A DNA stretch of 64,000 nt from positions 4,703 to 68,702 of IMG/VR virus record IMGVR_UViG_3300050026_000261. One strand, 5' to 3'. Position 1 is the stretch's first letter. Every line of letters begins with the position of its first letter. The notes under the pieces are model-generated. The model saw nothing but the letters and a program-made list of their open reading frames with translations. It was not told the DNA's origin and made no database searches. The translations under genes and the position numbers were made by a program. The stretch comes from a virus. This document shows positions 27,797 to 37,301 of this stretch, in pieces.

Positions 27797-29227
27797 GTGA
27801 GCTACTTCGCACCGTACATCGATGCCCTTGGTATCCACATCCCATTATTTTCGGATATCATTGCTGATTTAGTTAGTGATATGCAAAGCATCTACGGAGC
27901 AGATGTGTATTTGGGAGTTGATAGCCAGGATTACCAGATGCTTTCAACCTTCGCCTCAAAGACCAATGACACCAATCAGCTTCTAGTCCAAGTCTACAAT
28001 TCCCGCGGCCCAGCTACAGCAACAGGCGCAGGTCTGGACTCCATTGTCAAGCTTAACGGGATCGCCAGGGAGGCATCCACATATTCTTCAACTCCGGTAG
28101 TCTGTTCCGGTTCTTCAGGGACACCGCTTACTAACTGCCTCGCTCAGGATATATCCGGCTACCAGTGGAGCATCCCAAATACGGTCATCGGTGCTGGCGG
28201 TTCGGTTACGGTCACAGTGACATGCACCACCGTAGGCCCTATTGCGGCTAATCCTGGAGCAATCAACATTATTGCCACCCCGACATATGGTTGGACTTCG
28301 GTGACAAATCCTAACGCTGTCTCAGCGAACGACATAGGCCAGAACCAGGAAGCTGATTCAGCATTGAAGGCTAGGCAGGCAATCTCCACGGCAGAGAGCA
28401 ACACTACGCTGCTAGACCAGACCAAGGCAGCCATCGCCTCAGTGGTTGGGGTAACAAGGTTCAGGGTCTATGAAAACTTCGGCAGCGGCTCTGATGGCAA
28501 TGGGGCACCGTCCCACTGCATTTACGCAGTTGTTGACGGTTCCGCGACACTCGCCGCTATTGCCCAGGCCATATTCGACAACAAAGGACCAGGTTGCGGA
28601 ACGTGGGGAACTTCCAGCTATGGCATCGTAGATCAGTGGGGGCAGACGACAACGATTTATTTCTTCCTGCCGACTTATGAACCCATTGATGCGGTGATCC
28701 CTATAACACCACTGGCCGGCTACACGACGCAAACTTTAGCGAATATCCGATTAGCGGTTTACAATTATTTGAACGCTCTCGCCATAGGAGCGAGTTTGCA
28801 GAATGCCGCGATATGGGCCACTGCAATGGGCCAATGCGGATCGATAACCAGCCCGCTATTCGCTGTAAATACGGTTACAGACGCCCTCCACGGCGGATCG
28901 CAGGGAACCTCGACAGTGGCCATGGCTTTTAATCAGGTTACACAGGGAAATCTTTCGTACATTGTGATCACGCCGATGGTAACGGCGATGTCCCCCGCGA
29001 CCGGGTCGAACACCGGGGGTACGGCGGTGACGATTACCGGGGCCGGATTCACCAGAGCTACATCAGTTAAATTCGGGACGGCTTCCGCAACTTCGGTGGT
29101 TGTGGTTTCGGATACGGAGATTACCTGTGTTTCCCCAGCGGTCTCAGCGGGAACTGTCGATGTGACCGTTATTAATGCGGCTGGGACATCGCCGACGAAT
29201 ACCGCGGACCAGTTTATTTACTCATAA
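27797..29227 (+). CDS. Baseplate J/gp47 protein with C-terminal IPT/TIG domain
   Basis: ATGAGLD...GIAR, EADSALKARQ, YEN; C-terminal PMVTAMSPATG...VTITGAGF. Confidence 0.9.
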   Translation: MSYFAPYIDALGIHIPLFSDIIADLVSDMQSIYGADVYLGVDSQDYQMLSTFASKTNDTNQLLVQVYNSRGPATATGAGLDSIVKLNGIAREASTYSSTPVVCSGSSGTPLTNCLAQDISGYQWSIPNTVIGAGGSVTVTVTCTTVGPIAANPGAINIIATPTYGWTSVTNPNAVSANDIGQNQEADSALKARQAISTAESNTTLLDQTKAAIASVVGVTRFRVYENFGSGSDGNGAPSHCIYAVVDGSATLAAIAQAIFDNKGPGCGTWGTSSYGIVDQWGQTTTIYFFLPTYEPIDAVIPITPLAGYTTQTLANIRLAVYNYLNALAIGASLQNAAIWATAMGQCGSITSPLFAVNTVTDALHGGSQGTSTVAMAFNQVTQGNLSYIVITPMVTAMSPATGSNTGGTAVTITGAGFTRATSVKFGTASATSVVVVSDTEITCVSPAVSAGTVDVTVINAAGTSPTNTADQFIYS

Positions 29228-29232
29228 AAAAG

Positions 29233-29335
29233 TGGTATAATATCCTTGTGGGCTAGGGATGTACACCCGATGGCGGTTTCCCAGCCGCCTTGCCCACAAT
29301 TCGATGGGATACTACGAGGGAGGTAGTTTTTTGTT
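29233..29335 (+). promoter_or_regulatory. Extended -10 promoter plus structured leader RNA (copy 3)
   Basis: TGgTATAAT; P1 TTGTGGGC/GCCCACAA; P3 GGCGG/CCGCC with TCCCA in the loop; downstream TGGGA; SD inside hairpin ACTAC...GTAGT. Confidence 0.75.
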
Positions 29336-29908
29336 ATGAATTTAGTGCCAAAGTGTAAGTGTGGGGAAGACATGGTTCAAGTCTTGCATAAAGCTGCATG
29401 GAAATGTCTAATGTGTGGAGCAGAATTTTCATGGAAGGATGCAGACATTCAGGGTTATAATGTGCCAATTTGGAAAGTATGGAATGCAGTAGCACTAGAA
29501 ATGGCTAAGGAACCTCATGGAAAGTACGTTATTCCAGATGCCAAGGTCTTTGAATCTATGGTGAAAACTGGTTTGGCGTACTGGCGCAATGTACCTGGTT
29601 CACAGATAGTAAAAGAAATAGCAGACTCTATATCGCCAGAAACAGAAGCATTACTGCGAGAACGGTACGAAGAGGCTACGAAAGAGATAGATCGGCAGGT
29701 TTACGAAGCCTTCTGCACAGGTCAAGCTCCAAAATTATATGATTCAGCCGAGCAGACAGGAGTTACAATAGAGCAGATGCGGGAGGATATACTGAGTTCT
29801 TGTGAAGCCGCAGGAATACCAAGAAGATATTTAGAAGGTAGACCAGAAGGACCGAGTTTGGCTGCTCCAATGGCAAATATAGATATTAAAGTTGAACTTC
29901 CAAAATAA
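29336..29908 (+). CDS. Hypothetical moron protein with N-terminal Zn ribbon
   Basis: CKCG...CLMCG; own promoter, leader and terminator. Confidence 0.7.
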   Translation: MNLVPKCKCGEDMVQVLHKAAWKCLMCGAEFSWKDADIQGYNVPIWKVWNAVALEMAKEPHGKYVIPDAKVFESMVKTGLAYWRNVPGSQIVKEIADSISPETEALLRERYEEATKEIDRQVYEAFCTGQAPKLYDSAEQTGVTIEQMREDILSSCEAAGIPRRYLEGRPEGPSLAAPMANIDIKVELPK

Positions 29909-29931
29909 AAATTGCTAACTCGTTAATTATC

Positions 29932-29958
29932 AAGGCACTCCAAACGGGGTGCTTTTTT
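29932..29958 (+). terminator. Intrinsic terminator
   Basis: AGGCACTCC/GGGGTGCTT stem followed by a T tract. Confidence 0.8.
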
Positions 29959-29976
29959 ATTTGGGGGTGATTTCTA

Positions 29977-31680
29977 TTGCCAGACATACAACGATACCTC
30001 TCACTTATAACTAGTCAGCATCGCGATAAGCCCAACTTCATAGCCATGGTCACATCATTCCTATCTCACGCCGATGACACCACAACCTGCGCCGCATCCC
30101 TTAATGATGCCTTCGACATCGACCAGGCCGTAGGAGCACAGCAAGATGTTCTGGGCACCATTCTGGGCGTTTCCCGGGTAGTCACGTTTCAACCCACGGA
30201 TGCATTCGGCCCCGTTTCGGGCACCTTTGCCCGCGCTTCCGTTGCCTACGACTACCTTACAGGGGCAGAAGTGGCCTCTGGCATTCCCCGCTATGACACA
30301 ACTCTGTTCAACCAGGGGATCATGATCGAGGAAGGCACGACCAACCTTGCATTATACTCCAGTGATCTGACTAATGCCGCGTGGGTTAAAAGCGGCAGTC
30401 CGACAGTGACGTATAGCGCGCCCTATTCCAAGGTAGTAAACGGTGCTGGTGCAAGTAGCATAGACCAAACTGGCTTTACGGCCAATGGCGGTGCTTACAG
30501 TTTCGAGGTAGTTGCTAAAGCCGTTTCCGGCTCTCCTCAGATATGGATGGGGATATACGATGCCACCGCTAGCACGTTTTTGGCACAAAGTAATGTAAAA
30601 ACGCTTTCCACGTCTAGCGAGACATCGTTTTCTGTCACCATTGCTTCAACCATAAGCGGTCACACTCTGGAAATTTATCTCCAATTCAACACTGCCTCGG
30701 GGCAGTATTATGTCCGTTCTTGCCAGCTTGAGCAAAAGGGATATTCGACCAGTTGCATGGAAACCACTTCGACAACTTTAGCCCGCGCCGCCGAAACCCT
30801 CACCATCCCCAACGCGGGAATATTCACACAGGGGAATTGGGCAGTAGAGTTAGTTTATATCCCAACGGATACTGCTATTCCTACGGGAGGTTTTGAGTTA
30901 TTTTCCTATTTAATTGATTCAAACGATAGACTCTACACCAATGTTAATAATACTGGAGCACTTGCCTTAAATGTTGAGTCTAGTGGTACTCTCTATTCTA
31001 TTAGTACGTCAGCAAGTTTTTTAACGCTGGGCAATGCATATGCGATTATGATAGCTGGCAATGGGTCTGTTATACGTTTTTGCATCAATGGAGTGCAAAT
31101 CGGATCTGATACTGCCTATGTTGAGCCTGTAGGGTCACTCCCGACTAATATGTACGTCGGAAGCTATCCAACTGGTGTTTATCAGGCCAACGGCATCATA
31201 GACGACCTCCGTATCTCATCCAGGGCGAGGACGCTGGCCGAGCACCAGGCGTATGTGAGCAGTGGATTGCCACAGGTAGTAGACACTGCTACAACCTTTC
31301 TACTTCCGTTCGATGGCAGCCTTACTTATTATGTTTCAACTTCACCTATTCTTGATGATGCGACCTATCAGCTTGTCCTGCAGGCTCGAATAGCGCAGAA
31401 CATGTGGGATGGCACTACGCCGGGTATCTATTCCCTATTCGCTTCATTGTTCCCTGGATCTGTGTATCTGATCATCACGGACAACCAGAATATGACCTGC
31501 AACGTCCTGGTAATCGGGTTGCCATCTATTTTGCAACAGAATCTGATCTCAAATGGGTACATTATACCGAGGCCGGAGGGTGTTCAGTTCATTTATTCTT
31601 ATCCTGCAAATCCTGTTTTCAGTTATGGCATGGATAATACGGTATTTAAAGGATATGACGGTGGCTACTGGACGTCGTAA
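29977..31680 (+). CDS. DUF2612-type baseplate protein interrupted by carbohydrate-binding/LamG-like domains
   Basis: N-part YLSLITSQHRDKP...AVGAQQDVLG..GVSR; C-part LDDATY...NMWDGT...PRPEGV; insert with IEEGTTNL and GIIDDLRISSRART. Confidence 0.75.
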   Translation: MPDIQRYLSLITSQHRDKPNFIAMVTSFLSHADDTTTCAASLNDAFDIDQAVGAQQDVLGTILGVSRVVTFQPTDAFGPVSGTFARASVAYDYLTGAEVASGIPRYDTTLFNQGIMIEEGTTNLALYSSDLTNAAWVKSGSPTVTYSAPYSKVVNGAGASSIDQTGFTANGGAYSFEVVAKAVSGSPQIWMGIYDATASTFLAQSNVKTLSTSSETSFSVTIASTISGHTLEIYLQFNTASGQYYVRSCQLEQKGYSTSCMETTSTTLARAAETLTIPNAGIFTQGNWAVELVYIPTDTAIPTGGFELFSYLIDSNDRLYTNVNNTGALALNVESSGTLYSISTSASFLTLGNAYAIMIAGNGSVIRFCINGVQIGSDTAYVEPVGSLPTNMYVGSYPTGVYQANGIIDDLRISSRARTLAEHQAYVSSGLPQVVDTATTFLLPFDGSLTYYVSTSPILDDATYQLVLQARIAQNMWDGTTPGIYSLFASLFPGSVYLIITDNQNMTCNVLVIGLPSILQQNLISNGYIIPRPEGVQFIYSYPANPVFSYGMDNTVFKGYDGGYWTS

Positions 31681-31693
31681 GGAGGAATGAAAT

Positions 31694-32299
31694 TTGTCAG
31701 CAACGACCAATTTTGTCACATTTAACTCCGCATTAAATAATAGTGAATCAGATTCAACCTATCAGGCAGATAGCACCGTAACAGGTGGCCTCGCTAGCGC
31801 AATAGCGAACCCGCAAATGCATAATAAGTTATTCCATCAAGTCAGCATTATGGTCAAGGCCATTGCCAACGTCCTGGTCGCCCAAGGGCAGTCGGCACTG
31901 GACACATCGGAGTCTGCTTTGACGGCAGCCTTGACCGCGGCATTGTTACCGGCGGCAGTGGCCACGGCTACGATAGCGGCATCGACGAAAGAGCAGAAAC
32001 TTACCACGACCGGCCAGACAACCGTAGCGACATTCACGCCTGCAGCCAATCAGAATTTACTGATCGGGGTGTCAGTCAGGGTAATAAACGCCATAACAGT
32101 GGTATCCGCCGAAGTCGACTACACCGATGCCGGGGGGAATGCCGCTACGCAGACTTTTTACACTAACGTCTCGCTGCCTGTTGGATCCAATCCCACGCTG
32201 ATGATTCTGATCAACGCCAATGCCGCGCCGGTATCGGTTAAGGTGACAGCGGGGACCGCGAACAACGCATACTGCTCTGCCAGTATTGTGGGGGTGTAG
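31694..32299 (+). CDS. Tail fibre-related protein
   Basis: N-terminal 'HNKLFHQVSIMV.AIA' fibre-attachment-like motif; position. Confidence 0.6.
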   Translation: MSATTNFVTFNSALNNSESDSTYQADSTVTGGLASAIANPQMHNKLFHQVSIMVKAIANVLVAQGQSALDTSESALTAALTAALLPAAVATATIAASTKEQKLTTTGQTTVATFTPAANQNLLIGVSVRVINAITVVSAEVDYTDAGGNAATQTFYTNVSLPVGSNPTLMILINANAAPVSVKVTAGTANNAYCSASIVGV

Positions 32300-32301
32300 G
32301 A

Positions 32302-33135
32302 ATGCCAATCATCACACCAGGTAATGCCCAACCCAGCAACGTCGACGCGGGAATAATCTTCAACGCAGGAGCTAACTGGCAAGCGGTCGGTACTATTCCC
32401 TATGAAGGTGCGGTCGTGCTCACGCCCAGCGGGAATAACACAGTCGCTATTCCTGCCGGCCATCACAACGGCGCGGGGTACGTTGCTGAGGTGAGCGTAC
32501 CGGCGGTCAAGGTGCAATCTGATACCACCATCGCAGGAGTACAAGGTACTATGCCCGAGAAGGGCTCCCCCACGCTGCAACCAGGAGCGAGTATCACACC
32601 GGGACACTATAGTGGGGGGTCGGTAGCAAGTTCGATACTCAGTGTTCAGTATGGAACAATTACAATTGCAGCAAACACAGGCAGTGCCACTGCGACCATA
32701 AGTTCTGTTAATATGGCTGAATCAGTAGTGATTCCTCTTGGATTCGCTAGTGTTGGGGGAGGCTACCCCTGCGATGCTGTAAATTTAACGCTTACAAATT
32801 CAACTACTGTTACTGCAGCACGGAATGGGATAGGTACAGCTACAAGTGTTGTTGTGAACTTTGTCGTTGTCCAGTTTAACAACCTGAAATCTCGTCAATC
32901 AGGATCAATAAATTTAATTGGTGTATCTTCTGCAACAACGACAATAACATCGGTAAACCCGGCAAAGGCAATTTGTTTTTTAACCGGCTGGACAAATAGC
33001 AGTAATAATGGTGGATCCTACGAGTATGGTATCGACCCCTTGATAACTCTCACTAATTCGACAACAGTAACCGGATTGTTGTACTATTCAAATACTGGAG
33101 TGACAGCTTATTTTACAGTTTGCGAGTTTTATTAA
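32302..33135 (+). CDS. Tail fibre/receptor-binding protein with an internally duplicated domain
   Basis: PAGHHNGAGYV motif; two copies of S.Q.G.I...ATI.SVN...LTNSTTVT. Confidence 0.65.
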   Translation: MPIITPGNAQPSNVDAGIIFNAGANWQAVGTIPYEGAVVLTPSGNNTVAIPAGHHNGAGYVAEVSVPAVKVQSDTTIAGVQGTMPEKGSPTLQPGASITPGHYSGGSVASSILSVQYGTITIAANTGSATATISSVNMAESVVIPLGFASVGGGYPCDAVNLTLTNSTTVTAARNGIGTATSVVVNFVVVQFNNLKSRQSGSINLIGVSSATTTITSVNPAKAICFLTGWTNSSNNGGSYEYGIDPLITLTNSTTVTGLLYYSNTGVTAYFTVCEFY

Positions 33136-33141
33136 ATAGAG

Positions 33142-33897
33142 GTGGATATGACTCAATCAGATATCACAGATGCCTGCGTCTCCATCGGTGAGGCCAGAAC
33201 CCAAACAGGCGTCCTCAAAACATTAATGCTCTCGTTCGCAGCGGGGGCATTTATCGCGTTCGGCGGCCTATTGATGGCCGTCGTGGTGTCCGGCCTTCCT
33301 TCGATGGGTACGCTGAGCAAATTGATTGGCGGTCTGCTGTTCCCGGTGGGGCTGGTGTTGGTCGTGGTGACAGGCGCGGATCTGTTCACCGGGGATTGTT
33401 TATACGCCACTGTCTCATCTAGGTGGGCTGCTGGCAGGTTAGGCATGATCAGCATCAGCAGGGTCATGTCTCTCTCCTACCTAGGCAACCTTATCGGTGC
33501 TCTATTCGTCGCCTACCTGGCGATAGCATCAGGGATTCTCACGCCAGAGGCTCAGAATTGGCTCAGGGCGGCAGCAGTGGCAAAAGTCCACCTATCCTTC
33601 GTCCAGGCATTTACCAGGGGGATCGGGTGCAACATCCTCGTTTGCCTGGCGCTATGGTTGGCGCTCTCTGCGGATAGCCTGACGGGCAAAATCCTGGGCA
33701 TATGGATTTGCGTTGCGGCTTTCGTGGCTATGGGGATGGAGCACTCGATTGCGAATATGTTTTTCGTTCCGCTGGGAATTCTCTGCGGGGCGCATGTGAG
33801 TTGGAGTCAGTTCTGTCTGGCCAACGAGCTGCCGGTGACGCTGGGGAACATTGCCGGCGGCGCATTGGTGGGGTTGCTGATGCTGCTCCAGAAATAA
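33142..33897 (+). CDS. Formate/nitrite transporter (FNT family) channel
   Basis: AGAFIAFG, FPVGL, GADLFTG, GIGCNILVCLA, GMEHSIANMF, PVTLGNIAGG signature motifs. Confidence 0.95.
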   Translation: MDMTQSDITDACVSIGEARTQTGVLKTLMLSFAAGAFIAFGGLLMAVVVSGLPSMGTLSKLIGGLLFPVGLVLVVVTGADLFTGDCLYATVSSRWAAGRLGMISISRVMSLSYLGNLIGALFVAYLAIASGILTPEAQNWLRAAAVAKVHLSFVQAFTRGIGCNILVCLALWLALSADSLTGKILGIWICVAAFVAMGMEHSIANMFFVPLGILCGAHVSWSQFCLANELPVTLGNIAGGALVGLLMLLQK

Positions 33898-33906
33898 ATC
33901 CGCCCG

Positions 33907-34200
33907 GTGAGGCGCATTTCGGAGGTGGGGTTTTTGAGTGATGGAGAAGCTCTAACGCTGATCGTCGCCCGTCTGGGGGAAATACACAAAGACATCGGAG
34001 ACCTGTATAAGCGCGTGGATGGGTTGCTCTCCAAAGAGGACTGCGAGAAATGTAAGTCAGATCGTGAGAAGTCCGAAGAGAAACGGCATAGCGTATCGCC
34101 CAGGGTGGCCCTGGCTGCAACAATAGGCGGTGGTATTGTCGGCAGCATCCTTTATCGCATCCCCTGGGGCACAATCTGGCGTTTCTTTAGGGGAGGATAG
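33907..34200 (+). CDS. Small coiled-coil plus TM protein (holin/XhlA-like)
   Basis: Coiled coil followed by a C-terminal hydrophobic helix; lysis-region position. Confidence 0.45.
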   Translation: MRRISEVGFLSDGEALTLIVARLGEIHKDIGDLYKRVDGLLSKEDCEKCKSDREKSEEKRHSVSPRVALAATIGGGIVGSILYRIPWGTIWRFFRGG

Positions 34201-34202
34201 CC

Positions 34203-34568
34203 GTGCCCAAACTCAACAACCTGATCGCCAACATCCTGGCTGACGTTCTTTCGACCATGGCCTGCTTCTGGATCGTCACCGCCATGGTGGTTGTCGTTCT
34301 CTTCTGGCAGCGACCTACATCCCTTGTTGGTTGGATAACCTACATCAGTACGGCAATATTCCAGGCAAGCGCGTTGCCGGTATTGGCGTTTGTGGCCAAG
34401 AAAGAAGGGGTAGCGCAGCAGGCTTTGCTCCAAGACACCCATGATCAGGTTATGAGCGAGCTAAGGCTGATCAGCGAGTCACACGACGATTTGAGGGAGC
34501 TGGTCAGTCAGGTACACATCAAGGTTAATGCTGGCGAGGTCGATGTGATAGTAACAGAAGAGGGGTGA
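34203..34568 (+). CDS. Two-TM membrane protein
   Basis: SD GGAGG; two hydrophobic segments followed by a coiled coil. Confidence 0.55.
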   Translation: MPKLNNLIANILADVLSTMACFWIVTAMVVVVLFWQRPTSLVGWITYISTAIFQASALPVLAFVAKKEGVAQQALLQDTHDQVMSELRLISESHDDLRELVSQVHIKVNAGEVDVIVTEEG

Positions 34569-34793
34569 TCCCGCCATGCGGGTAAAACCTGGTTAGGCAA
34601 GCCAATGACCACTGATCAATTGCTTGATGCCGCTCATTTCGGAGCGGAAGCACAATCTAATCCCTGCGAGATATGCGGGGAAATCACTTTTCTGACCGCC
34701 CGGGTCCGAGGGGCGTTTTTTTATTTGTGCAAGAGAAATGGGCATTGGAGCCGGGAGGGGTTGAGAACTGTGCTGGAAAGGTTTGATTAACCA

Positions 34794-35048
34794 ATGGAAT
34801 TCCCCTTTATTGCAACAATCAGTTGTGGAATCCGCGATGCCATTGCCACGCTCGATGAGGGCGTGAAGTATCTGACATGGGATAAACCCGAAACCGATCC
34901 ATCAGGGACGCTTATAAAGGAAACCGCAGAGATGCGGGATGCCCTGGAGAGGCTGGCGAAACTGGCCGATAAGTGGGGCACTATCGACAACAACGGAATG
35001 ACGCCGTTCCGTATCCGGCTGGAGATTGAGGGCGGCGAATTGCTATGA
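34794..35048 (+). CDS. Hypothetical protein
   Basis: ORF overlapping the next start (ATGA). Confidence 0.45.
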   Translation: MEFPFIATISCGIRDAIATLDEGVKYLTWDKPETDPSGTLIKETAEMRDALERLAKLADKWGTIDNNGMTPFRIRLEIEGGELL

Positions 35049-35560
35049 GCGACCCGTGTAAAGGATGCCAAATCAAAACGGCAACCTGCCAGGGCTGGTG
35101 CCTTGTATACCGGAAATGGAAGGAGGTAACCAAATTGGCAACAACTCTTGATCAATCAATCCATGAAGCGGCGGCTGCGATCTGCCTCGAACTCGGCGTC
35201 GCTCCAATAGCAGTGAATGGCGGCTTGCTCAAAGCCTGGATATTGCAAGAGAAAGGCAACACCTCGGGGGCGGCATGGGACAACAACAACCCGCTAAATA
35301 CCACGGAGCCGGTCTATCCTGATGCAAATATCAACAGCGATGGCGTCAAACGATACGATAGCCAACAAGAGGGCGTTTTCGCCTGCTGTAAAACACTGAG
35401 AGACGGCAACTATCCGCACCTGCTAGCTGGACTCCAAGATGCCAACGCAGAGGAGTTCTTTGCGCAGCCGACAGAGCTTAACTCGCCGGGTGGCTGGGGT
35501 ACAGGATGGCAGCCGGTCTATGATTTGTACCAGGAGATTTTGAGCGGCGAGCTGGTCTAG
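35045..35560 (+). CDS. Lysozyme-like cell-wall hydrolase
   Basis: AWILQE...NNPLNTT...GVKRY..GV...TL..G.Y motif; an internal SD AAGGAGG plus TTG near 35136 may be the true start. Confidence 0.55.
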   Translation: MSDPCKGCQIKTATCQGWCLVYRKWKEVTKLATTLDQSIHEAAAAICLELGVAPIAVNGGLLKAWILQEKGNTSGAAWDNNNPLNTTEPVYPDANINSDGVKRYDSQQEGVFACCKTLRDGNYPHLLAGLQDANAEEFFAQPTELNSPGGWGTGWQPVYDLYQEILSGELV

Positions 35561-35877
35561 GAAAGGAGAATTACCATGAAGCGTACTACCGTTGAAGAGT
35601 ACGACAACGAAGGAAGATTGATTAAACGCACTGTCACCGAGGAAGGCATTCAGGTTCAACCCTATGTATCACCGATCATCGTACAACCATATGCCCCTAC
35701 GACAGTAATTCCGCCAACCGCATGGGGTGGCCTGTATCCGCCAACAGGCTCTGAAATGATTTCCACCACCTGCGGGAGCGCGTCGATTCCAATGTAGCAG
35801 GCTAAAGTAAACAACGCCAATCAAACCGCCAAGAGCGGCTTTTTATTGGCCCTAAGGCCAGAAAGCGAGGCTAAGAC

Positions 35878-37284
35878 ATGCAACTTTCAAACGGGATGCA
35901 CATCGGAAAACTTCCCCCGAGGATCGATCCACGCACACTGCAATTCAATAGATACCGCACCGGACTCCCGACGCCCCCGGATCAGATCGGCCACGAGAAC
36001 CTAATTGCCGCGGCAAATTGGGGGATGCTGGGCAACGGTCCCGACAACACTGTACAGCCCGGTTTTCAGGGCGCAGGCGATTGCGTTTTCGCCGGTGGCG
36101 ATCACGAGACACTGCTTTGGACAACCGAGGGCGGCAACCCGGCTGAGTTCAACGGCAAAACAGCCATATCCGATTACTCCGCTGTGACCGGGTACGTGAT
36201 CGGCGACCCCAATACGGATGTGGGCACGGACGTTATAACTGCGCTCAACTACCGACGCAAGACCGGGCTGATCGACATATTAGGCAACCGGCATAAGATC
36301 GGCGCTTACGTTGCTCTCGACGTGTCCAAGATCAATGCGGGCGATTTCTCCGAGTTCGACGAAGCTCTCTTTTTATTCGGCGCTGTGGCGATCGGTATCC
36401 GGTTCCCGGCTTCGGCCATGACTCAGTTCGATAATGGTCAGCCGTGGGATGTGGTAGCGGATGATGGCGGGATCGAAGGCGGCCACTATATCCCTGCGGT
36501 CGAGAAATACCCCGACGGTACAAGCGATTGTGTTACCTGGGCGAAACCTCAGCGAGTAACGGCGGCATTCTGGAGCAAGTATGTCGACGAGGCGTATGCC
36601 ATATTATCTCCGGAGATGCTGAGGCAAGACAAATCTCCAGAAGGCTTTGACCTGGCGCAGTTGCAGACGGATCTGGCCGAGATCGACAGCGCGAATACGG
36701 CAGGCCCCGCGGTGACCGGCATAGATCCCAGCAGCGGCCAGGCAGGTAGCAGCGTGACCATTACCGGATCAGGGTTCACCGGGGCGACGCAGGTTCTGTT
36801 CGGCGGCGTGGCGGCTAATTTCAGCGTTGGCGACGACACAGCTATTACCGCTATTGTCCCGGCAGGAACCGGAACCGTTGATATTGCGGTATACGTTTCG
36901 AGCATCCAGAGCGCTACAGGCACAGCCGATCAGTTTACCTATGCGGTTACTCCTGATCCCAGCAAGCAGATCATCGGACAGGTAGGCAATCCTGTTCTCC
37001 AGGCCTTCGGCAAATCAATCACCATGGACGTGGCGCCCGTTCTTCTCGATATAGGGGGTGGGGGCCGGGTGATGGTTCCGGTCAGGTTCGATGCTGAGTC
37101 TCGCGGTGACCAGGTTGACTGGGATGAGGCGACCAAGACGTTCACGATCACACCCGCGGTCGATCCTGCTACCGCGGCAGAGTTGGAAACTACCAAGGCC
37201 ACCCTTGCCACCACCCAGGCCAAGCTGGCCGATGTATTATCGCTGCTGGCGAAGGTGAAAACAGACTTGGGTTTTCCCGGATAG
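35878..37284 (+). CDS. Putative endolysin: papain-like peptidase + IPT/TIG + copper-amine-oxidase-N (stalk) domain
   Basis: GDCVFAG / GGHYIP / VTWA; PAVTGIDPSSG...VTITGSGF; DVAP...RVMVPVRF..E..G..VDWD; followed by a holin-like gene. Confidence 0.65.
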   Translation: MQLSNGMHIGKLPPRIDPRTLQFNRYRTGLPTPPDQIGHENLIAAANWGMLGNGPDNTVQPGFQGAGDCVFAGGDHETLLWTTEGGNPAEFNGKTAISDYSAVTGYVIGDPNTDVGTDVITALNYRRKTGLIDILGNRHKIGAYVALDVSKINAGDFSEFDEALFLFGAVAIGIRFPASAMTQFDNGQPWDVVADDGGIEGGHYIPAVEKYPDGTSDCVTWAKPQRVTAAFWSKYVDEAYAILSPEMLRQDKSPEGFDLAQLQTDLAEIDSANTAGPAVTGIDPSSGQAGSSVTITGSGFTGATQVLFGGVAANFSVGDDTAITAIVPAGTGTVDIAVYVSSIQSATGTADQFTYAVTPDPSKQIIGQVGNPVLQAFGKSITMDVAPVLLDIGGGGRVMVPVRFDAESRGDQVDWDEATKTFTITPAVDPATAAELETTKATLATTQAKLADVLSLLAKVKTDLGFPG

Positions 37285-37301
37285 GGGGAAAGGAGAATAT
37301 C

